Assembly: GCA_016748015.1 (NCBI GenBank)
Contig: JAAOMT010000124.1
Span: 1 to 9,223 of the forward strand
Length of the DNA stretch: 9,223 nucleotides
Direction: 5' to 3'
From: Geosiphon pyriformis uo1
Lineage: Eukaryota; Fungi; Glomeromycota
The notes under the pieces are model-generated. The model was not told the origin of the DNA. It ran no database searches and saw only the letters and a program-made list of their open reading frames with translations. This document shows, one piece after another, positions 1-7,289 of the stretch (position 1 is its first letter; every line of letters begins with the position of its first letter). The position numbers and the translations under genes were made by a program.

Positions 1-154
1 ACTCTTCCTACAGGACCCACGTATAACTCCCCTGCTAAACCCTCTATCTCTACAATGATTAGTACAGTCTAGAGTCCACCCAACCAACCCCCCCCCAACC
101 CCACCAACCAGGTGGTACACTACAAGGGTCAATCTGGGGACCATTGGGGCCCAT
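1..154 (-). CDS. nad6: 5' part of nad6-like cryptogene (duplicate of 7134..7287)
   Basis: ATG at 154..152; reads VLIIVEIE.LA..LYVG, similar to the Nad6 YVGA motif; truncated by the window edge. Confidence 0.5.
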
Positions 155-156
155 TA

Positions 157-940
157 ATCACTCTTTTGAGACTTCCGAACATATGGCCATAGGCCCCATA
201 GGGGTAGGAATCCCTCATTAGCACTAGCTTTAGTTGTTGATTCTGTTTCATGTACATTGTTTACCAATACCTTGATAGACCCTAAGCTCTGGTACGGATT
301 CTTGGTATGATTCGTGTATAACGCTCTAGATATTTGGTTGAATATAGTAGGTCCTCTCATGAGAGCTGAGTAACGCTCATCTTTTAGTACTCTCGTCATG
401 GGCACCATTCGAAACCAGCCTTTTGCTGTAGGTTCCGCTTTGACCGTCAGATACTGCTCCTATGTCTTGCTATGGCTCCTAACCAATCCCCTATACCTAT
501 TAGAGATTGCTATGGGGCCCTCTATTGCTGTGAATAAATCCAACCGGCTAATGATTACCGCTGGGATTACTGCTGGCTAAATACCACGCCACGTGACCTT
601 GATTAAAGGGGCATCGTAAGCCCAAATGTGGACCCTGTCTTTGAGCCTCCATTGACAACCGAGTAATTTACCATGATACTTTGCCACTAAAGCCCCCCTC
701 GCGAATTTCGGCATAACATGATCTGGGTTGGGTCCAGCTCACGGGACACTAGTATTTTAGCCCCAGTTGTGGTCGTGAGTAGTAGTAAGAGAAGCGTACA
801 TTGGATCTTAGATAGGCCCTTGGATAGTTTATGGTATTACTCTACTGATGGTCTGCTCCCTTTTGGGGCAGGGTAAAATTGACCTCGCCCAGCCATCTGT
901 GGCCTTTGTTGTCATCTATTGGGGTAGCCATCGAAGCCCT
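157..940 (-). rRNA. rns: Mitochondrial small-subunit rRNA, short and highly divergent
   Basis: Minus-strand motifs occur in SSU order: GGGCGAG (~890, like GGGTGAG), GACCACAACTGGGGCT (~774-759, like CCACACTGGGACTG), GTCAATGG (~656-649, like GACAATGG), GCCAGCAG...GCGGTAAT (577-554, 530 loop), CTGACG (~452-447), TGTACA (~256-251). Boundaries approximate. Confidence 0.7.
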
Positions 941-2905
941 CGCTACCCAGGTGGTAGCCTGCCTTTGAGCTGGTACCTAATAGGGGATTGGACCTCAAAT
1001 TGGTGTTAGTTAGTGGGACGTGGTCAATGGGCCCTATCGGGGCTATGGCCACTCGGTCTGGGGATTTGGAGCGGGATTTTTGGGATTTTGATTTGGAGCT
1101 GTATAAGGCTGCCCTTAGTATTGACGTCTATTAAGGAATATTTCTTTAGCTCCTTTATGGTGCCAAGTAGGGACCTTGTATCTTGAGCATCCCGCAACGA
1201 TTAACCAGGATTTGAGCTACCCATAAGCACCCCATATTTACCCCCCTGCCATTGAGCCCTGGCCTCTTAGGTCCGGGGTTAGTACCATGGGGGCCCTAAG
1301 GTAAAGGGGTAAATGGTTCACCATGCCGTCTATAGGGAGGAGGTGTCAGCTAGAAGAGTGGGTTAAGTTGGAGTAGTGTTGATGGGGTGATAGCTAGTTA
1401 AATTGCCATGAATACGTAATTGCCGCGGCTGGTACTGGTTTTGAGCGGAGGAGCTCTCAAATCGCGTATAAGGCTGGGTTAGATGGGTAGGTTATCCTTA
1501 TATTGGCGTCCAGGGGCAAAGGCTACCTGCCATGGCTCTGTCAATGGATTGCCGATTATGGCCAAATGCTGCTACTATTGAAGTTAGTCCCTGTTGTAGC
1601 CCGCCCAATAGTGTAAAGTGCTCGGTATTATGTAGTGGGAGTACAACAGGTAGGTAGGCTATACGCTGGGCTATATAGGCTTTTAGCACTTGATTCTAAG
1701 CCTATCGATTGGTAGAATATGGCCCTAGCCATTCGTTAATGATGATTAATTGTGAAAGGCCTTCCCTTAACGTTAGTGGTAAGGTCACAAAGAATTATAG
1801 CTTTGCGTTAGGTGGTTTATAATGGTGGAGGGTTATTCACACGTGTGATGGTGGAGCGAGCCTGTTGCAACCCCCCTGAAATACAAGGATCGCGATATCC
1901 CGATCGTGATGTTCTGGCTAGCTGCTTGGAGGTCAATTGTATGGACTAGTAAATATGAGAGGATCTTTTATCTGGCAGTCTATCTGATCCTTAACAAGCC
2001 TTCCAGTAGCTACACTTAAAGCCCATAGCCTAGATGGTATAGGCATATTTTGTAGCCACAATACACTCAAACAGCACTATTACCCCCCCCAGCCAACCAT
2101 CCTATTAAATACCAGCCACTATTACCTACCCCTATTCTCGCCACGCCTGGAGCCAACCTGTAGCCCCTTATAATTTAGGAAGCGTAGTTTTGAGAACTCA
2201 TAGGTGTTGTTTATGGCTCTTAGTAGCTAATCCTCTTTTACTATTATAAGCTTTGGGGATTGAGGTATCAGCTTTGGTTCCCTGGAGAGAGATAAGTATG
2301 AGCTAAGCTTAAAGCTTAGACATGGAGGCATCGCGGCCTTTATGATTACTGTTTTTGCTTTGTGCTTTGTTTTAGTAGGAAGTAGGAGGTGTCAAATGCG
2401 CAATATCTTGTAGGAGTAATCTAGCTGGCGATATCGGTGTCTACTGTTACTTCAGAAATGGGATGGTATATGAGAGCTTTAGCTTATACTCATTACTCTT
2501 GTTTACAAAATCAATGCCTCTTACCCTGCTAAGTATTATGCTACCCTTTATTTAGCCGGGCGAGTTATAAGGTGTATTAATAACTGGAGCCGTAAATAGA
2601 GTAAGTCGATAGGCCCTGTCGTTTAGCCATGTATTGGTTAGTCCTTTGAATAACTCCTAATCCTCCCTATTAGCCCTAGGAGGACGTTAGATGGGTCGAT
2701 TGACTGCTTCTGGGTATTCGCGGCATATAGATATGAATCTCTTATAAGGGCGCAATTTCGGCAGTATATGCGGTGGTGAATAAAGGTTATAGGCTATCAA
2801 ACCCCCTTAGCTGTAATCCCTTTATCATAGCTAGAGCTTGGTAGCCGATATAGTAGCCTAATTTACCCCTACTATTGCCCAATCCTAGTTGTTATACACC
2901 CGTGA
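941..2905 (-). rRNA. rnl: Mitochondrial large-subunit rRNA, highly divergent
   Basis: Minus-strand resemblances in LSU order: CATCTAACGTCCTCCTAGG (~2693-2675, like domain I CATCTAAGTACCC.AGG), GTPase-centre-like CAGGGGGGTTGC...CCATC (~1878-1847), CCAGTA..GCCGCGGC (~1438-1423), GGTGAA (~1322), GGGAT...ACAAGG (1193-1174, like peptidyl-transferase GGGATAACAGG). A-run-rich, with hairpins and no credible ORF. Confidence 0.6.
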
Positions 2906-2910
2906 TTGCT

Positions 2911-3266
2911 TTAAATTGGCCACACCACCCCCCCCCCCCCAACCCCCCATAGGTGGTAGTCCCAAAGTGCAGTGTCAATGAGCATAGGCTGTGGCTCTAC
3001 TCCCCAAGGCCTCCTGGTGATAGTGGAGTTATATATGGGCAGGCTCCCCTTGACTACTGCATGCATGGGTACTAGTGATAGGGAATGCCAGGTGTCCATA
3101 AGTCTAGTTATAATGCCGCTCTATAGGGTAGCGGTTCCCCAGACTCAGGGATGGTCACCTATGTGTAGATCCCATCACACCTATAGTATAGTGTACAGCC
3201 TAGGTATAGGACTATACCATCCTCATGGTAGGTGCTATTTATGTATGACCCATATGGCCGACTAGC
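2911..3266 (-). CDS. cox3: Cytochrome c oxidase subunit 3, 3' part (frameshifted cryptogene)
   Basis: Begins ASSG..TW.H-like (gct agt c ggc c ata tgg gt cat), then LYTIL, a E(Y)-like codon pair, (Y)WH with TGA=W (ctc at tga cac), LW, a G-run, and VVWPI* ending at TAA 2913..2911. Confidence 0.7.
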
Positions 3267-3267
3267 C

Positions 3268-4673
3268 TTACTTAGAGTTTGTAGATAGACGGGTTATGAT
3301 GAGGACAGCAAGCAACCAAGCTGGATAGTTGCATATGTTGCTAACACCTGTGTTGATGATAGTCCATGGCTGGAGAGGTAGAGTAGCCTAGAGGCCATGT
3401 GGCCCAATTACCTATAGTGCCCCCCCCCCGATCGAGAGTTATTCTCTAGTGGTAACCCTTTAGGGGGGATCAGTTTGTTAGTGTCTATGTAATCGATGTA
3501 CCCACGTAGTAGGAATCGATACCCTACCCCCCTACTGGGTCCTCTCTGACCATAGGGTTATCTGAGGAGGTAGTTGTGTAGAGGTATCTTGCCCCCCCCC
3601 CTTTACTACTAGTGTTATGAGGGTAGTGGACTTGGTGTGGCCCCCCGATTACACATGTGTGACTGATGAGTAAGCATGAGTAGGCGCACTGAGGCATACG
3701 AGCAAGTCGATTAACACTCAGTTCAGTACCGAATCCAATATACATGAGTGCGGAGTACTAGTACGATTGACTGATGAGGGCTATAATCCTGGACGAGTCC
3801 TCATTAGCAGTGGCACGTATAGGTTAGTGAAAGGAGTAATAGTAGGCGTCATGAGTCTAATGCACTCCCCAAGCAGCTATGCAACCTAGTCAGTATCCCA
3901 ATGTAGATTCTGGGGATCCTGCGAAAGCATACAGTTCGATGATGAGGTACTTACTGTAGAATCCATAAGTTATGGGAGTTGCTATTATGCTTAGTGATAC
4001 ACGTAGTGTCACATATGTTCTAGGAGTAAAGGCCCTAAGGCCTCCTTATCGACGGTCCTGTGGTCAGAGAGTAAATGGATGATGGATCCAGCTTGAGTTA
4101 CAGCAGGACTCTTAGCTCATGCATTGTTGACTAAGGTCAGAGGGATTAGACATTGTCCTAACTAAGGCCTATTGCGGTACATGTACCATTTGTGAACATG
4201 TAGAGTAGCTATAACACGCTTTATGTCCTTATGAACGAACAAGCCTGCAATGAAGAATGCTGTAAGGCTACCTATCCATGGTATGAGTCCGGCTGGACTG
4301 CTATACTGTATGATAGGTGAGGATATCGAGTAGTAGTAGACACCGGTACTGTTGCTGTGTAGTTGGGCATATACAGGGGTAGTACCCTCCATCGAGTATG
4401 GTAATCATGTGTAGCATCAGTTGTGCTTACTGGCCATAGAGCCGAATCTGTAGTAGTCCTATCACATTCGCCAGATCATGGTTTATGTAGGTACGGCTGA
4501 ATAGGGTACCATAGTTGAGGTTACCTACTGCCCATCTAATGGCACATAAGACTAGTGTTATAAATGTGTCACACACCGATTTATGGTTAGGGCCTTAATA
4601 GAGGACTTATAGGCTGCTATACGAGTTAACCAATTAGCTGATTAGTAGGTAATGCTATACCTCTGCCTTACCA
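3268..4673 (-). CDS. nad5: NADH dehydrogenase subunit 5, 3' part (frameshifted cryptogene)
   Basis: Motifs across changing frames: W(E)G.GIA.YLLIS, WLTRIAAYKSSIKALTINR, GNLNYGTLFS, WLPYSMEG(P)TPV(S)A, WIGSLTAFF, DIKRVIA-YSTCSQ, AGSIIH, GFYSK.LIIEL, YWLG, LDRG.L(E)VIGP.GL, ending TRLSTNSK* at TAA 3270..3268. Confidence 0.93.
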
Positions 4674-4699
4674 CTAGCCTCTTGCAATATACACTGATA

Positions 4700-4839
4700 C
4701 TATTGACTATAGAAGCATCGTCTAAGTAGCATACACCCTTATGAGGCCAGATACCACACTATCCCTCTACACATGTACTCTATCCTATGCCTATGAGTAG
4801 GTAGGTGGTAGTACACACATGTACCCTCTACCTCTGCCT
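4700..4839 (-). CDS. atp8: Possible ATP synthase subunit 8 cryptogene
   Basis: Size fits (~140 nt). ctc ata agg gtg tat gct act..aga = LIRVYATR resembles fungal Atp8 ILRLYVSR. The 5' end ag gca gag gta could be M-P-Q-L with G in place of C. TAG at 4702..4700. Confidence 0.3.
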
Positions 4840-5155
4840 ATAGGTAGGTAGATAGAGCACCATCCAAGACCTCGGAGGTATGATTCCTAACGATAGGTAG
4901 TGTTAGGATAGGTAGGCATAAAGATAGGTTGGTCGTCGCGTGGATAGTGTATATGTGTAGTATAGTAGTTCAGTATAGGGGAGGTTCATAGGTAGATAGT
5001 GGTTGAATATGGATGCTGTCGTTGCACGTTAATTTAAGGAGGTATAGTCTACTCACAGTAGTTACAATGTTGGTTCACATTTAGGCTAGAGGCCGGTTAT
5101 GACTGAGTAGTGGTAGTGCTATCAGCATATAGTGAAGAGTAGGTTTGTAAGTAGG
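4838..5155 (-). CDS. nad3: NADH dehydrogenase subunit 3 cryptogene, lying between the two nad5 parts
   Basis: MLIALPLL, L(L)A(L)NV, E(K)TIP, R..P(F)S.HY.YL, LP(F)(D)L(E)LLY..(P)YTLS (like LPFDLEI..YPY), EVLDGALSTYL* (like FE...GAL), TAG 4840..4838. Confidence 0.72.
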
Positions 5156-5157
5156 TA

Positions 5158-5549
5158 GCCACGAACATGAGTACATAGCTATCAGCTGGTACTAGTACTG
5201 CATCATGAAGGGAATAGGTAAGGTAGTACATGAATATTTGGTTATGTGTATCAGTGTACATGTAGCTCCGAAATGTGGACTGGTATATACGATAGTGATT
5301 GTAGTAGCATGGATACTGAGGCTATCCTTGTAATGCCCATGGTATCCTGAGTAGAGTCATGGATACTTGTGGATAGAGGGATAGTGACCTAGGAGTGCAG
5401 TTGTACCTCATATCAAGCCTGAGTGATCTGACCCTAGTGGACGTGCCCAACACTGATGATGTGGGATCCAGTAGCCCCCCCCCGCTTCCGCCCCCCCTAT
5501 CCCCAGGGGGCTATGCAACATGAGGTAGTGCGATTAGAGATAGGTACCT
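5158..5549 (-). CDS. nad5: NADH dehydrogenase subunit 5, 5' part (frameshifted cryptogene)
   Basis: (AGG for ATG)-YLSLIALP, GRK.GATGSHIISVG, YEV, DSLS.SMLL, VHI, SYMYTD(P)HNQIFMYYL, FMM.VLV.ADSYVLMFVG. It stops exactly before the WEG motif that opens the 3' part. Confidence 0.9.
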
Positions 5550-5797
5550 TAGGGACTCTCTGGTAGTGATACTTGGGTTATACGATAGTGGCTACTAGTA
5601 GTACTTGGCCAGGGCTGATGACGCCCCCAGCTGGCTATCACATATAGCAATCTTTTGTCCTACTATGGACTCAGCTCTAGGATGCGCACTATCATGAGGT
5701 AACTGCTAGAAGCATCCTCTCTAGGGACATGAGCATTGTATCACATTATTGCGATTTAGGACCCCAGTAGTGAAGTAAGAGGCTTACTGAGGGGCAT
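5549..5797 (-). CDS. nad4L: NADH dehydrogenase subunit 4L cryptogene
   Basis: ATG 5797; GVLNRNNVI(T)MLMSLE.MLLAVT, SIVGQ.IAI, LLVA.YRITQVSLPESP* (TAA 5551..5549). It directly precedes nad5, as is typical of fungal mtDNA. Confidence 0.88.
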
Positions 5798-5820
5798 GGT
5801 TAGGAGAGGAGAGTAAGGAT

Positions 5821-6075
5821 TTAGGGGATAGGGGGAGCGATAGCCCATGTTATGGTGGATGTGTGCTTGTCATAGAGGATGGACTACCCTTAGTAGGCGG
5901 TATCCCAGGACTGTTGTGGTGGAGCATCAGTCTAAGAGCTGATACAACCCCGTCCTGTCTGAGGTAGTACTACACTAGTAGAGTCCTTGTACCATACTAC
6001 TTGTACTACACACTAGCCCAGGAGTAGCAGTGGTAGCATGAGTGGGACCTTTACCTACAGTGATGGATAGTGTAT
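5821..6075 (-). CDS. atp9: ATP synthase subunit 9 (c) cryptogene
   Basis: TVGK...ATTA.LLG(A), LLV, LYQL, TTVLG(F)A(L)(TE) (gtc ctg gga tac cgc cta cta ag, like ILGFALTE). TAA 5823..5821; start uncertain (an ATG at 6097 is in frame with VGK). Confidence 0.62.
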
Positions 6076-6079
6076 GATG

Positions 6080-6536
6080 GATAGTAGGAATATCCATGGT
6101 ATGGTGGGTTGTAGCCTTGTGTACTGGGTTTGAGCCATAGGATTGTGACCCCCTAGTAACCACTACTGGTCCTGGTATGGGTATAGAGGATATACATGAG
6201 GATCCCATGTGTATATACCATCCCTCAATAGGCCATAGGTATATGACCGTTCTTGATATACTATTGGTATGCATGGATGTAAGCAGGATGCAGATGGGAC
6301 TGCCTATAACTGGTAGGCTAGAGGTACCTTGGGCTAGACTGGTGAGATAGGACATGGTACCTATTTGATGTGATAGGCCTCCCCCCCCTCATGGTATGGG
6401 AGGCTATGTGCTAGTATGTCCTCTACTATGGCCCTATAGGTGGATAGTTATGGTTTAGGCTGTGAATAGTACTATGTGGAGTTGTGGTATGGTATAGTTA
6501 CTTGCAGTATTGGATAGTGAGCACGGATGGTGCTAT
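6080..6536 (-). CDS. nad2: NADH dehydrogenase subunit 2, 3' half only (cryptogene)
   Basis: IAP.., ILA(Y)S...H.G (like RLLAYSTISHVG), YLT(Q)(Y)S, PVIGS.ICILL.SM..IP (like NP..A.....FS.AGIPP), SSCISS (like TSVISA). No 5' half found in the unit; the 3' end is unclear. Confidence 0.62.
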
Positions 6537-6909
6537 GGAGATAGTATGAGTAACTCTGCATCGTCTGGGATAAGTGGAGAGTCTACATTGGTGACCTCTA
6601 CATAGGTATGGTAGCCTCCCGTGTAGAGGTTATGGGCAGAGTCCTCTACTGCCTACTATAGGTAGGGCTTGGTATATTAAAGGTTAGGATGTTTGTAATT
6701 GACAACTCCATCCCTGGGTACCGGGATACTATGTCCTTATATCCCCTGTGAATGGGTTATATAACTGAGCTAAGTCTAATATGGCCAGGAATGTCCTTGT
6801 AGGTCCCATCTATAGGTAAGGTACTCTCTGGAGGACATACACACTGGGTACATACATTAGAGGACTGACTGCTAAAGGGTACAAGTGAATACAGGATGAA
6901 TAGAGATCG
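6536..6909 (-). CDS. cox3: Cytochrome c oxidase subunit 3, 5' part (frameshifted cryptogene)
   Basis: IHP.H(L)VP.S..PLM (like HPFHLV.PSPWPL), YKDIV..GT..G (like WRDII.EGTYLG.HT), L.IV.SE, VEVTNV(W)(P)P (like VELG..WPP), EL(P)L..TIL (like ELPLLNTILL). It ends where the 3' part at ~3266 resumes (ASSG). No clear ATG. Confidence 0.7.
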
Positions 6910-7287
6910 CTATGGATATAGGATACCGGTCATGGCTGTGAATGGAACTGATACTGAGTAAGCACCATCAGAGAGTGGGTTTATAGTCAGGATTCTACTG
7001 TCCACTAGGTTGGTTATATCAGTAGGTATACCGCATGGTTGGGATAACTCCTTATAGGGATACTGGTCATGGGAAGGTCCTTGGAGTTCCTAGTATGTTA
7101 TGGTGGCTCATGGCCCTCTAAGAATAATGTTTGACTCTTCCTACAGGACCCACGTATAACTCCCCTGCTAAACCCTCTATCTCTACAATGATTAGTACAG
7201 TCTAGAGTCCACCCAACCAACCCCCCCCCAACCCCACCAACCAGGTGGTACACTACAAGGGTCAATCTGGGGACCATTGGGGCCCAT
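6910..7287 (-). CDS. nad6: NADH dehydrogenase subunit 6 cryptogene
   Basis: ATG 7287; VDS..VLIIVEIE.LA..LYVG; KDLP; ITNL; FTAMTGILYP* (like LLAMVGAI), TAG 6912..6910. Confidence 0.6.
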
Positions 7288-7289
7288 TA

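Larger units (their letters stand above)
1..2090. repeat. Copy 1 of 2,090-bp direct terminal repeat (unit period 7,133 bp)
   Basis: 1..2090 recurs at 7134..9223. ORF-track entries recur at a constant 7,133 offset (154/7287, 398/7531, 1498/8631) with identical translations, and both ends match. Confidence 0.97.

Noticed and set aside
716-740. Plus-strand similarity to animal 16S 3' motif (ACATGATCTGGGTT)
   Set aside because: Isolated match; neighbouring motifs support SSU on the minus strand.
1061-1099. Short GGGATTT / GATTTGGAGC repeats
   Set aside because: Irregular low-complexity repeats inside the LSU region; no repeat-spacer periodicity, so not CRISPR.
1412-1438. Second SSU 530-loop-like motif (CAGCCGCGGCAATTAC on minus)
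   Set aside because: Flanking motifs follow LSU order and it fits the LSU CCAGTAAACGGCGGCC region. The SSU context surrounds 554-577 instead. Not fully excluded.
154-1689. ORF-track ORFs 154..408, 398..580 and 1498..1689 (and repeat copies)
   Set aside because: They lie within rRNA-like sequence and show no protein motifs; chance ORFs.
2303-2319. Perfect inverted repeat CTAAGCTT-A-AAGCTTAG
   Set aside because: Adequately explained as an rRNA hairpin; no evidence for a regulatory role.
2972-3265. 97-aa plus-strand ORF
   Set aside because: Antisense to the cox3 3' part, with no recognisable motif.
4700-5055. Group I intron P7 pair (GACTAT ~5049, ATAGTC ~4710) in the nad5 interruption
   Set aside because: Both 6-mers fall in sequence explained as nad3 or atp8-like coding, and no P3-P6 core is visible. 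A covariance search is still worthwhile.
5850-6260. Cytochrome b reading (MAYWG, WLLGG, YKD)
   Set aside because: No PEWY motif or N-terminal heme-ligand region. nad2 plus atp9 motifs explain the stretch in the correct order and spacing.
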